A stretch of DNA of 64,000 nucleotides, taken from the NCBI RefSeq assembly GCF_001194135.2, contig NC_068991.1:18188765-18252764 (forward strand), in the 5' to 3' direction. The position numbers were made by a program, and so were the translations under genes. The notes under the pieces were generated by a model, which was not told the origin of the DNA, searched no databases, and was given only the letters and a program-made list of their open reading frames with translations. The stretch comes from Octopus bimaculoides (taxonomy: Eukaryota). This document shows positions 27,265 to 40,639 of the stretch, piece by piece; position 1 is the first letter of the stretch, and each line of letters opens with the position of its first letter.

Positions 27265-27892
27265 CATACATATATACATACACACACACATATATATATA
27301 TGCACACACATACATACACACAAACAAAAATTGGTTCTTAACGAATACATTACCTGCTCTAAAATAAAATCCAATTTTGTATGTGGCTATTATTACTATT
27401 AATACTGTTACAGTTATTTAGTAGTATATATTATAATAAATGTTATTAGTATTATAACAATACTAATAACAACATATTATTACTATTGTTATGGTTGTGT
27501 CAATGTGTATGCAGATATATATCAATGTGTGTGTATATACACATATATGTATGTGTGTGTGTGTTTGTTTTGCTTCTTGTTTCACGTCTTCTTTCCTTAT
27601 ATATCCTTGAGTTGTTGATTTCTGGGCCTTTTTCCCCCCTTCTTAAAAAATATGTATATATATGTATATATAAATATATAACAAATTTAAAAGGTCTAAA
27701 ATGATGTATTATAAAAAAGGAGGGGGATAGTTTTTTTGTTGTTGTTGTTGTTTCGTGTCTTTTACTTTTTTGTTTTTGTTTATGTTCGTTTCGGCTGTTT
27801 TTTTCTTTTCGCTTTGCTTGTTTTTTTTGTTTTTGTTCGTTTTAGCTTTTCCCCCAAGTTGTTATCAAAGCTAAAAGATAAGCCAACTTTGA

Positions 27893-27992
27893 CTGACGTC
27901 AGCTGTCTTTACATCTCGTTCTAATCTCGTCATCTCTCGCCATTTCAGGGTTAGCCTGCTCGCTCTTCGCTTTCTTCTAGTGGAAGTGAGGG
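27893..27992. promoter_or_regulatory. Cluster of promoter-like motifs: CRE palindrome and YY1-like site, overlapping a possible 37-nt exon
   Basis: CTGACGTCAG at 27893-27902; CGCCATTTT at 27938-27946; ctaat...ttttcag|G at 27950; GAA|GTGAGG donor at 27986/27987. Confidence 0.35.
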
Positions 27993-28004
27993 AGGAAAGG
28001 AAAG

Positions 28005-28600
28005 AGAGAGAGTGAAATAGAGGGGATGAAAGAGAGAGAGACAGAAATATGGGGGAGGATAAGAGAGAGTGTTAATAGAGAAAGCGAATGCAAGGATTAG
28101 GGAAGGAAGAGACGGGGAGGAGAGTAAGAGAAAAGGAAAGAGTGAAATAGAGGGGATGAAAGAGAGAGAAATATGGGGGGAAGGACGAGGGAGAGTGTTA
28201 ATAGAGAAAGATAATGTAAGGATTAGGGAAGAAAGAGACGGGGAGGAGAGTAAGAGAAAGGGAAAATAAATATTAGAGAAGGTAAGTAGAGTAACAGGGA
28301 AGGGGTATAAATATTTGAGAGGGGTGTAATAGAAAGGGGTATAAATGTTAGAGAGGGAAAGTAGAGTGGAAGGAAAAGGAATAAATGCTAGAGAGGGAAC
28401 ATAGAGATATAAAAGGGTAAGAGCAAAGGGAAATGTTAGGGAGGGGGCACAATAAAAATGGTGAGTAATAGAGCGAAAGAAATATTAGAGCGGAGAACAG
28501 GAGTGATAAATAAAGATAGTAGTGAGTGTGAAAGAGAGAGAGAGAATAAAGGTGGAGAGAAAGAAGATTAAGAGAGTGTGCATGCAGGGGTGGGGGAGAC
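28005..28600. repeat. Polypurine tract containing a roughly 130-bp tandem duplication
   Basis: gagtgaaatagaggggatgaaagagagaga...gttaatagagaaag...gattagggaag.aagagacggggaggagagtaagagaaa occurs twice (about 28010-28140 and 28140-28265). Confidence 0.75.
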
Positions 28601-30194
28601 GTGTTTTACTATTTAAAAGACCTTGATAGCACGGCAACCAATATACTACCAAGGCCAGCGACTGCTAAACTCTTAGCTGTCGTAAAAGCAATTTTAAAGA
28701 TTTGACTGCACTCGTTACGAAACCAATGGTAAAAAAAAAAATTAAAAGAGGAAGCCTATATTTTGTGAATCGCTATTAGAAACAGCAGCCTGTTATCCCT
28801 TAAATCAAACAATAACGACTTTAAAAATGAAAATAAATCGAAGAATATATTGGATGTTGTAGTTCCTAACAGGACATAGTATTTTATGTATACTCAAAAA
28901 GATGAGCTGGTCACGGCTGGAACGTCTTTGGTAGATTAGTGCTAATTATGATGGCTAGGCAGACGACTACTAAACTACAAACTGTCATAAAAACATGCGA
29001 TTCGATGACGTTCGTTAAGAAGCAGATCGAAACGAAAGAAGTGATACAGTAAGAGGGTGTTAACTATTGGGAAAGGGGAAAAGGACGAGTGTGTGAGAGA
29101 AAGAGGAGAGGAGGGAAGGAGAGATCATTTAGTTTAATTGACGAGAATATAAAAGAAAGCAAAGCAGGCTGCTGTGCAGAAAGGGGAGTCACATTTTAAA
29201 AGTCCTTGATACCACAGCAACTGAAATCTAAGCAGTCGACAAATAAACTACAAACTACCGTAGAACTGCATTTGACATTTGATCCAACATTCAGGGCGAT
29301 AGATGAAACGAAGTGAGTAGACAGAGCGAGTAGAAAAGTCGGGGTTGCATCCAAGACCGTTGAAATGAAACGGTGTATAAGTGAGCAGCTAATTGGTAAA
29401 TTCTTGGGAATAAGCGATGGGAAGGAACGAATTTCTTCTACGGCAGTCATGGGCAGCTTGCGGCTCGTGGGACTTTCTGAATGGCACATCTAACAAAAGA
29501 TTATCTTTAATTCCTTCTTGGCACCTAATTCTTTTAGTATTGCGACCTGCCTGGTGAGGAACTGTTTCATGGGACCCGCTTCCCGAAAAAGGTTGCCCAT
29601 ACAATGCTCTACGCGATCGCTCGACCTACTAGAAACAGCAGCATTCTATTCGTTAAATAATGCCTAACTGGTCTTTGAAATGGATAAGGATTTTCAGATA
29701 CACTATCTGAAAAAAAATTGGGATAGTCAAAGAAAAGATGAGTCAATTAAGGGAGTTAACTATCGAGTGAGTGACTTCATAGATGAGCAATGCAGCAAAA
29801 GAGACGATGATGAAGGATCAAATAAAAAAAACTAAAGGGGAGTTAACTATGAAACATAAACCAGACAAGAAGATGGGTTGTGCATAGCGAACAAGGGAGT
29901 TAACTGGTTAACAAAAAAAAAAAAACAAAGAAAGAAACCAAGGAATTACAACAGAACTTTGAGAGATACAAAGGTATCTTCTTTTTTCATGGCATGGCGG
30001 AGGAAAGAATTGTGTCTAGACTTTTCACAATTTCTATCAGACCAGTGTCGTCGATGCTGCTAGTGTTAGTCTTGAACATTTACAAGCTGATGACAACAGG
30101 GGAACATATAGTTGGAAATTGGAAATTCGTGACACGCCTGATAATGTAGATACACACACACACACACATATGTATATATATATATAAATACATA

Positions 30195-30357
30195 CACAGA
30201 CATGACAGGTTTCTTTCAGATTCCATCTACCAGATCTACTCACGAGGCTTTTGTCAGCCCAGGGGTACAGTAGAAGATACTTGCCCAAGGTGCTACGCAG
30301 TGGGACTGAACCCAGAACCAAGCGATATAAAAAGAAACTTCTTACCACACAGCTATG
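30195..30357 (-). mobile_element. SINE type A, 5' part
   Basis: Reverse complement of the type A head and body. Confidence 0.8.
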
Positions 30358-30366
30358 CACACACAA

Positions 30367-30409
<43 letters not shown>

Positions 30410-30481
30410 TCTTCTTTTCAGGTACATGACACTGCTGTCCCCCATCCCAGGGTCTCACGGACCCACACCTCCCACATCATC

Positions 30482-30634
30482 AGAGTTGGCACACTGAACG
30501 TCGGCACACTGAAAGGTAGGTCTAGGGAGATTGTTGATATGCTTGAACGGAGATGTGTCGATTTGTGCTACCTCCAAGAAGCAAAGTGGAGAGGAGGTTC
30601 CGCTAGGTTCCTCACAGGCAAAAAACACAGATAA
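30482..30634 (+). pseudogene. RTE-clade LINE AP-endonuclease N-terminal fragment
   Basis: Translates RVGTLNVGTLKGRSREIVDMLERRCVDLCYLQEAKWRGGSARFLTGKKHR*, with the NV...QE.(K/R)W APE motifs. Confidence 0.85.
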
Positions 30635-31184
30635 CTACATTTAATCCATTCATCATTGTTTTAGTACTTTAAAGTGTGGGTTAAGTTTTAATTCAGCAGC
30701 AAGGGTTAATGAAGTAAAATAAACTAAGAGAATTTATTGCAGGTATACAGAAAAAACTCGGACATAAAAGAAACACATAAAATGACTTGGATGTACAAGA
30801 AACATACCCAATAAGATGTGTATTAAAAGGTAGATGGATTCAGTCATTGAGAATTAAACATCAGCACAATAGAACGCTTGGACGGAACATACTTCAATTT
30901 AGAAACATATGTTATTTAATATCTTATCCATTTCAATTCCACAGAGAGCTGGCTAATAATGACAATAAAAAGGAGAAAAGAGAAAGAGATATGGAAAAAG
31001 AGGTATAAAGCCATACCTGACAATTATTGTTGTTTGTTCTACAGTCCTGACCATAGCATCAATAAAAAATTATCATTAGAGCATTAACTACAGTAATGCT
31101 TGAGAGGGTAAAGGTATTTGACATGCACACACATACAGATATTTGTGTGTGTGTATGTACACATTACACATATACACACACTCA

Positions 31185-31246
<62 letters not shown>

Positions 31247-31879
31247 GATGCAAATGCATGCACAGATAAGGATACACATCACAGAAGGACTAGGTGGAGC
31301 AGGAGGATACACATGAATGGAAAGGGTCACTAAAGAAGTCACAGACGTGTGACGAAAGATTTCCAGACAATGGACATAAGATAAAATAAGAACAATAATA
31401 AACAAGTGGAGAACAAATACATAGTGTATGTGTTTATTTGGTGAAAGAAAAAAAATGATCATCCCGAAATATAACAGTATCTGTTTCAACACACGATTTC
31501 ACATCAGGAATCTTACAAAACAAATTCATAAAACACACACACATACACAGCGTGATCATCAGCATCCTCATTCATCATTTTATGTTCACCTTTTTTATGC
31601 TAGCATGAGATGAACAGTTCAACAGGATCCACTGTCTTAGTTTTGCTTTAGTTTTTATGGCTGAGTGCCCTTCTTAACACCAACCAGTTTACAGAGTATA
31701 GTGGGTGCATCTTTTTTCTGATACCTGCACTACAGAGATTATCTTACTCTCAGCAAAACAAAGAAAAAAGTCCTTTCAAACCCTATTTTTTTTTTTCCCC
31801 ACAATTCATTAACTTCTTTACAGAGTGTGCTAGGAGCTTTTTTCCATGCTACCAGCAATAGTGAGATAGCCTTGTAAAG

Positions 31880-32320
31880 ACTCTAACACTGAAAGCAAAT
31901 AGGAGATAGGAGAATGATGGCTTTAGTGATGACTTTCGGTGAGGTGTTGGAAGAAGTTACAGTATTATACAGGAAGAGTGATGACTTTAGGTAAGTTGAT
32001 TAGAGAAATTACACATGCAGAATAGAACGGATTTATCGTTGAGAGGGATTAGTAGTGGAGAGATTAACAGTAGATGAGACAAGTGGGAACCAGAGCACAC
32101 TCACAAAGTAACATGCCTAGGAAGGTGAATAGAAGGCAGCTTAGTAACAGAAGACTCAGGGAGAGTGTGTAGAGGTTGCAAGAGTAGAATCCATCTTTTC
32201 CCCACTCAAGCATCATGATTCAGGTCAGAGGAAGTAGCAGGATATGAGTAGTAGAGGTAGGGGGGATTCAGCATGCATAGGTCAGGTAACATCATAGAGT
32301 GTATAGGAAAACAAAATGAC
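31880..32320 (-). mobile_element. Old, highly degenerate LINE 3' fragment (CR1/L2-like?)
   Basis: Purine-rich plus strand. The minus strand resembles the C-terminal 'TVNL...HY' region of CR1/L2-group ORF2, with many stops. Confidence 0.3.
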
Positions 32321-35063
32321 AGTGAGATGGAGAAAATGTATGATATATATAGAGAGAGGGGGGATTTAATATGCACAGGTCAAATGCTTTTGTCTCAATA
32401 TAGGCCTACAGCTTATTTTATACCCTCAAATTATAGCAGGCATTTTCACAAGCTGCTGCAGAAGGTCAGGTCTTTAGCTGCACCATGTATTGTCAATCAA
32501 CATCTGATCCTGGATCCCACACTTTTGGAACACCTCAATCCCACTGCTAATTAGATCACTGCAATAACAAAAGTTATCAACTACTACTAGGGAGCCACCT
32601 GGACATTTGAGAGAATCTAGTTTCCAAGTGTCCCAAGTGCAGCAGATGCACTAGGGCTCAAATACATACACACATGCGTGTGCTAGCAGGTAAAATGTAA
32701 AGATATGGGTGCATGAGGGACAATATTATCAATTAACTGAACTTGAAAAAGTACAAGACAGGAAGTGGAAGCTTAAAAATATTGCAGCTGAAGTTAGAAT
32801 TAGGCATTTAAATAACATGCTTTTTAATGGAGAAAAGCAAGGCAAAGATTTAGTGTAAAAAAATTTTATGTATACTCGGGCAGCATATTGGTAATTTGGT
32901 AAATTTGAAGGACCATTTTCTTTTCCCTATTGCACCCTCTCATGTACATGTCTAACTGAGACCATACTCAAAGGTTTAATGTTGAATGTGTGGAAAATAA
33001 ATGTTTTGCGCTTGTGGAAAGGGAGGTTTGTTGGTCAATCTTTATATAAGAAATGAGTTTTGGAATGGTGAGAGTTTCTGGATATCAAGAACTAAGAGCT
33101 TTGAATTTCTAGAGAGCTTCATATGCATGGCTTTCCAATCTTTTGTCTATAGTGTTTAGAATTTAAAAAGGTGTATACTTTTACATTTGAATGAAACTAA
33201 AAACAACATATATTTTAAATTTCAATTCTAACTTCAGGTGCAATTTTTTTAAGCTTCCATTTCTTGTTCTGTATTTGTCCAGGTTCAAATAAATAAGAAT
33301 AATATCACTTCTGCACCTGCATTTTTCTTGCTAGTTCACTCTTTTTATAGGCAATGCTTTTTACAGCAAAAATATACTATAATTTTATTGAGACATAACC
33401 AAAAAAGTATATGTACAGAAGATTCAATTTTTTCAAAGATTAAATTATTCTCAAAAAGTAAATTTTGTAAATTAACAAAAGGTAATTTATGCCAACAAAG
33501 ACCCTGAAATGAAGAAGAAAAATTCCAACAAAGCAGCAGTAGATTAATTAAATGATGCCAGCTAGAAAGCAATACAGCAAATATGGAGTCAACAAGTTTG
33601 AGGCAAAGGGCAAAAACGATTTGATCACATTCGAATTCCTGAGAAACACCATCAACACACTACAAGTTTCTTGGATGCTATGGTACTGGATAAGTATATT
33701 TTGAATGTTACAATTTCTGTTTTTTTACATGATGATTTGTCCACACCCTTTTCAATCTTTACAACATGTAAACTGGTTAGGGAGGGAGTGGATTCAGTTC
33801 TTATTTCTATAAATAGGTGTTATTCTGAAAGCTGGAAGAAGTGAGAATGCTTTAAAAAGGTGAAATTTTGGGCTGTTATTTCTAGCATGATAAGCAACTA
33901 CATTGAAGCATCTTTCATTGTTTGCTGGTTTGACAGGCATTTCCACATGCATAGCAGATGCTATTCCAAAAGCTAAGGGTAGGGTTGATTTTAAAAAACA
34001 AATCGAAATTTTTGGAAAAATTATTCTTCAGAGATTTGGCTGTTATTTCCTGCAAATTTGTGTGACCATATTAAGACCTTCCTCATTTCGCTTGCTGGTT
34101 TGACAAATATATACAAATGTGGAAATGAGGGGAGAAATTTTAAAATCTTCAAAGAGATAAACAAATGATTTGTGGACAGGAGTTGTAGGAGAGGATTATG
34201 AAAAACTGCTATTTGTGCAAAATCGTTATCTTTGGTGTTGAAAACATGATTAAAAAAAATTTTGTAACAAAATAAAATTTAAAAAAAGAGAGGGTACATA
34301 TTCAACACGTCTGACCAAATATCTTTCTCTTTTCAACCCTACATGACCTCTGTTTGTTCACCAATTACTTTACAGAATGCCGGTTGCTTCCACTTGCAAA
34401 ACAATAGTTAAGTTAGTATTAACAAATTTAATTTAGTGCTCATTAAAAAGGTAATTAAGAATAATTATGTGACAATGAAAAGACAATGTTAGTCAATATC
34501 AAATATTATTTTAGTTACTTAATTATTTCAGCAAGTATGGGGGACAACTCCAAGTATTTTCCTATGTTAACAGACATATTAATTAAAATAATATAAGTAA
34601 ATAACTAATATTGTCTTTTCCTCACTATATAATTATTTGTAATTAGCTCTTTTTTAATGTTCACAACATGACATATGTTAACACTAACTGAACTATTGTT
34701 TTTCATATTGATGGCGTTTCTGAGCAATTAATTCTCTAAAATATGCTAATTGTCTCTGCTAACTAGTGTACACCTACTTCATGATACTCTAATCATTATT
34801 TGAGAATGTACAGAAATTATAAAAGCAGTACATTGGCACAATCATTAGAGCATCAATCCAAGTGCCTTGTAGTATTTCTTTTGGCCTTTTACATTCTAAC
34901 TTCAAATCCTGCTAAAATTCACTTTACTTTTCATCCTTTCAGAGTCGATAAAATAAAGCACCAATCAAGTACTACATTTGATGATATCCACTACACAAAG
35001 GCTGTACCTTAATGTTAATTTGCTTTCACATTGATACAGCTTCATAGTTGATTTAGTGCACTC

Positions 35064-36374
35064 AAGGCGGCGAGCTGGCAGAATCGTTAGCACGCCAGGT
35101 GAAATGCTAAGCAGTAGTTCATCTGCCGCTACGTTCTAAGTTGACTTTGCCTTTCATCCTTTCAGGGTCGATAAATGAAGTACCAGTTGCATACTGGGGT
35201 CAATGTAATCGACTTAATCCCTTCCCACAAATTTGAGGCCTTGTGCTTCCAGTAGAAAGGATTATTATTATTATTATTATTTCCACCGAGGTCGACTTTG
35301 CCTTTCATCCTTTCATGGTTAATAAAATAAGTACCAGTTGAACACTGGGTCTATGTAATCAACTAGCCCCCTTCCCCAAAATTGCTGCCCTTGTGGCAAA
35401 ATTTGAAACCTTTATTATCATCATCATCATCATTATTTTTACTAAGGTGATGAGCTGGCAGAATCATTAGCGCGCCGGGCGAAATGCTTAGAGGTATTTT
35501 GTCTGCTGTTACATTCTGAGTTCAAATTCCGCCGAGGTCGACTTTGCCTTTCATCCTTTCGGGATCGATAAATTAAGTACTAGTTACACACTGGGGTCAA
35601 TGTAATCGACTTAATCCCTTTGTCTGTCCTTGTTTGTCCCCCTCTATGTTTAGCCCCTTGTGAGCAATAAAGAAATAAAAATTGTTAGCGCGCTGGACAA
35701 AATGCTTAGCGGTATTTCACCCGTTGGTATGTTCTGAGTTCAAATTCCACCGAGGTTGACTTTACCTTTCATCCTTTCGGGGTCAATAAAATAAGTACCA
35801 GTTAAACATTGGGGTCAATGTAATCGACTTATCCCCTCCTCCAAAATTGCTGCCCATGTGGCAAAATTTGAAATCATTATTTTATTATTATTATTGAGAG
35901 AACAGCACACACTATCAAAGATGCTGGGGTACAAATATATGAAACCCCAATATATCTCTCAATACTACCTATATGATAAAGGTACTCTAGGCACATGCAT
36001 CTATTATTATCATAAAAAAATGGCAAGCTGGCAGAATCACTACCATGCCAGACAAAATAATTGGCTTTACATTCAGAATTAAAATTCTGCCAAAGTTGAC
36101 TTTGTCTTTCACCCTTTCAGGTTTGATAAACTAATTACTATGTAATCAGTTACCCCCTCCCCAAAATTTCAGTCCTTGTGCCCATTCTAGGAAGGATTTC
36201 CAATGAGGTTGACTTTGCCTTTCATCCTTTCAGGGTCGATAAATTAAGTACCAGTGAAACACTGGGGTTGATGTAATCAACTAGTCCCCCCCCCCCAAAA
36301 AAAAAAAAATTTCANNNNNNNNNNCCCCCCCCAAAAAAAAAAAAATTTCAGACCTTGTGCCTTTAGTAGAAAGG

Positions 36375-36390
<16 letters not shown>
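35064..36390 (+). mobile_element. Head-to-tail array of about six type-B SINEs separated by (TTA)/(TCA) tails
   Basis: Repeated ggcggcgagctggcagaa...gttcaaattc...gtcgactttgcctttcatcctttc...gtacc...ccttgtgc units starting near 35064, 35280, 35445, 35681, 36020 and 36200. Confidence 0.85.
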
Positions 36391-36406
<16 letters not shown>

Positions 36407-37759
36407 CTCTCCATCAGGTGGAAAGGGTAGTGCCTATGATCCTTTAAGGGGCCTCTGAAACTGGCCAGGAAAGACTTGATCTGGGCTGAATTCTTACAGC
36501 ACAGTGGACTTTGCTAAAGCCATTTAAGGACAAAATGGTGTTGTTAAACTGGGAGACAGATTAGATCCACCAACAAAGTAGGTCATGGCAGAATTTGAAA
36601 CAGCCAGAAAAAAAAAACAAAAAAAAACAGCAAGTGGTATCTTGGCAAACACTAACAATTCCAACAGTCCACTGCACATGACAGATACATCCTCAGAAGG
36701 ATGAAAAGTTAAGTTGGTCTCAATAGGATTTGAACTTAGAATGTAAGGTGCTAGAATAAATACCACAAAGTATTCTGCTTGATGCACTGATGACTCTGCC
36801 AATTCACTGCCATAAATATTCTACAAGAGATGGCTCATATGCCAGAATATGCCCCAATGATGTGTAGCTGCCAGCTGATATGCCAATGACCTGTTTTTGC
36901 TTTTCATTGGTTTTAATTCTAGAAGATAAAGTTGTTATGAATATGGCCTACACTGATCCCTTCATTACTGGAGGGATTGGTGTGGATAATGTGTGGATAA
37001 TGTTCTTCTTAAGAAGTTGTGAGCAAACAGTAGCAGGAAAAAACACAGACAGACGGGGATTTCAAGAAGATTAACATTTTGAGGTGAAAGAACAGAACAT
37101 AGCGGTAAGCAGGGTGGATGATATGAATGACAAGAGGAGAGATGGACAAGTTAAGAGTATGTGAGTAGCGGTGTCACAGACCCAACAATGTCTGAGGAAG
37201 AGAGACCCCAATTGTAGCAGTAGAAAAGTTTGGTAATATAGGTTGTGAGTGTAAGGTGGTAAGCTGGCAGAATCATTAGCAGGTTGGACAAAATGCTTTG
37301 AAGTAATTCTTCTGGCCTTTTACACTGAGTTCAAATTCCATCAAGGTCAACTTTGTCTTTCATTCTTTTGAAGTCGATAAAATGAGTACCTGTCAAACAG
37401 TGTGGTCAATGTAATTGAATAATGCCTTCCCCTAAAATTTCAGGCCTTGTGCTAATAGTAGAAAGAATACAGGTAGTGAATGTGTTTTTGTGCTGTTGAC
37501 GGATAGAAAATTGGTAAAGTTCTATTGGAAAATGTTTTTGAGTTCTTGGTTCATGGAGTCAGAGAAGGTTTTGTTTGGGTGTCTATGTTGTATGTGGACA
37601 ATGCTTAAGTGTGGAACGCTAGAGAGAATGAAGAACGGCATCATCTATGTAAGAGGGGATGTTGTTAGATGTAAGCACAAGTTACACAATATTCAACCAT
37701 TATGATTATGAGTGTACTCTACTTTGTCATCAACTGCACTGTGGCACATATGCCGGTTG

Positions 37760-38300
37760 ATTCTTTTAGAAACCATTGTGGAACAAGATTTCGCCATCAG
37801 TGACCTCAGTTATGTTGATGACCTTGCAATAAATAGTGCTGACCATGTAAATATCTAATCAGCTGCTGAACACATCAGTATGCATGTGTTGTAAATTAAC
37901 TTGAAAATAATCTCAGCTAAGACTGATATTCTATCAGCGAGCATCTCATTCTCTGAAACAGTTCCTCTCATACTCAATGGCATGATTCTGGAAAAAGTTA
38001 ATTTAAGTACCTTGGTGCTACCGTCGCTGCCTTTGGCTAAGATCAATACAAGGTAGGTGGATCAACCACATGGTGCATTGGGTCATTTTCAAAGCTGGCT
38101 TTGGTTTAGGCAAGAGATCATACCTACCAAGTACTTGGTCACATGATCCTGTTATACGGTTACTGTTTCTAGCAGATTAAACAATCATGCAGAGGATCCC
38201 TCAATGCCTTGGTTATCATTTTTACTGAAAACAATTCTGAACAATTACATCAACAGACATATTAGGTTAGCAAATATGAAATTCACTAGGCTAATTATAT
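37760..38300 (+). pseudogene. Degenerate non-LTR reverse transcriptase fragment
   Basis: FAISDLSYVDDLAI (YxDD motif), IISAKTDIL, and LEKVN/FKYLG across a frameshift. Confidence 0.7.
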
Positions 38301-39134
38301 GGTAGGATACCTGAAGCAAAGAAATCTTTCAGTGCACACATATGTAATAAATAGAGCTATTGGATTCTCCACAACGATGAAAATATGCTTGAGATATAAA
38401 AAGCCTAATCTAAAAACACTAGATTGAAGCTCCAGATAAGGAGGAAGTATTTACCACAGACAGATACATGTGTATCTACTCTGCCCAACTACAACATATT
38501 AAAAACTATTATAAAATATTTGCTGTCTTTTAGTTTTGTTTCTTTTTTTGTTGTTATTTTCATGTTTCTCAGTCAGTGTTGTTTTTTTTTCCTTTTATGT
38601 TTTATTCTCATTTTTAAAAAAAGAAAAATTACATGCTCCGCCTTTCAACATCCTGTTTTGTTTCAAGCTAAAGATTTGTCCTTGGAAAACAAATACTCAA
38701 TTGATTTCAATTGCTTTCTGTTGCTCACTTTGGTATAAAAAATAATTATTATAATTATCCCAACAAAATGATACTTAAATTATAAGGATATTTCTATGAT
38801 AATAATAACTTCTTTCATGATGGTGGTGGTAATAATAATAATGATAATAATAATAATAATTAGCTGGACTCATGAAAAATTCACAGAAAACAATAAAGAA
38901 TGTAAGCATCTGTAAACAGTGTACTGGTGCCATGAGAAATGTTTGTATATTATGACCGTCTGTCTTTACATTCTGAGTTCAAATTCTGCCGAGATCGACT
39001 TTGCCTTTCGTCCTTTTGGAGTCGATAAATTAAGTTTCAGTTGTGTACTGGGGTCGATTTAATCAACTGATCCCTCCCCACAAAAAATTCAGGCCTAGAA
39101 AAGTATACTGTGACAGTTACAGAATACAGAAAGT

Positions 39135-39242
39135 TTGAAATTTCCCCAAGGCACCTGATGAAGGCTGGAGGGTACATCAGCCGAAATGTGTTAACAACAA
39201 ACAAGATGAGGACAAATATCCGTCAAATGTAAATAATGTACA
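39135..39242 (+). mobile_element. Fragment of a hammerhead-bearing short retroelement (same family as 63.5-63.9 kb)
   Basis: GGCAC-CUGAUGA-A-GGCUG-(10 nt)-CAGCC-GAAA-U-GUGUU, followed by aacaacaaacaagatgaggacaaatatcc.tcaaatgtaaataatgta, nearly identical to 63849-63905. Confidence 0.8.
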
Positions 39243-39789
39243 AAATATCTCAGTTACACAAACATAAACAGAATTACTATTTAACCTTAAAATACATTGT
39301 ATATATTCAAAGAACCTTAATGTACAAATTGAAATGCAAAAGAACGAAATGATAAATGGATTTATGAATGAAAGTTTGGTAATTGCGTTTATTTCCACCA
39401 CGTGACACTTATTATTGCAAACACGTTTTAACTAACCTAAACTATACACACACACAAAAACATTCATATATATATGTCTCGAGTTGTAGCTGTAATTCAA
39501 AGGAGCCATCCTTGTCATATTCTGTGTGAGGCTGAATCTCCCTGAGAACTACGTAAATGTTATGCATGTTTGTGGAGTACTCAGCCATTTGTGAGTTAAT
39601 TTTATCCTCGTGTGGTAATGAAAAGTGAAACTGACATCCAGTATTTGCTGTGTGTATGCATCTATGTATGAACCTTTCTTTGGATTCATGTATTTACTGT
39701 CTCTCACTTTCTCTTAAGTGATGAGGTATTTTTGGAATAATCAAAAAACATGCAGACAAATGTATAACCAAAACTGCAGGACTTACAAG

Positions 39790-40105
39790 TATACTGGCAC
39801 TCCATCAGTTACAACAAGGAGGGTCCCAGTTGATCCGAACAACAGAACAACCTGCTCATAAAATTAACATGCAAGTGACTGAGCATTCGACAGACATGCA
39901 CGTCCTTAATGTAGTTCTCAGGGAGATTCAGCGTGACACAATGTGACAAAACTGGCCCTTTGAATGACAGGTGCATGAAGACAACTCATTTTTGTCAGCT
40001 GAGTGGACTGGAACAACAAGAAATAAAGCGTCTTCCTCAAGGAAACAACATGTGGCCGGGTGGCGTGAGTCAAATACTCTAACCACTAAGCCATGCACCT
40101 TCACG
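39790..40105 (-). mobile_element. SINE type E
   Basis: Reverse complement of the 17093-17397 and 60385-60705 family. Confidence 0.75.
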
Positions 40106-40639
40106 TTTTAATATAATGAGTATAATATTTAGAAACAAATAAGAATGACATACAGGAAACAACACTGTTGCACTACACACATTTTATGTAGAGAACTTTC
40201 AATACAATAAAAATAACAATACCAAAACAAAACACTGCTTATACCCAAGGCACATGGTGCTGCACTCAGTGGTGCACTGACAGCACACAATAAAAAGGAC
40301 AACTACTGAATAGTAAATAAATGCATAATGAAAAGTAAGGACAACGCACTTATTTGAACACTATCAAAAAGATAACGTTTGCAGAGAGAATTTCAGCAAG
40401 AGGGTGTGCGTGTGTGTGTGCGCATACGCACGCATGCATGCTTTACTATAACGTAAGTCTTCTCAAAATATTACTCCGAAATTCTCATTTCCAATCGCCA
40501 TAGATTGGAAATAAAATACCTGTAATGTGAAATTCAGCATCTAATAGGAAAATAATATGTACTGAGTGATCTGTTTTCTGTTTTTTTGTTAACACTTATG
40601 TACTTGCGTGTGTGTGTGTGTGTGTGTGTATACATACAT

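Noticed and set aside
29196-29604. ORFs 29196-29489 and 29389-29604, and a CUGGUGA...GGAA/UUCC...GAAA motif near 29550-29590
   Set aside because: No recognisable protein motif or convincing splice sites; the RNA motif has no stem III or cleavage triplet.
35064-36390. CRISPR-like or satellite array
   Set aside because: Units are 130-240-bp diverged SINEs in eukaryotic DNA, with no short constant repeat and unique spacers.
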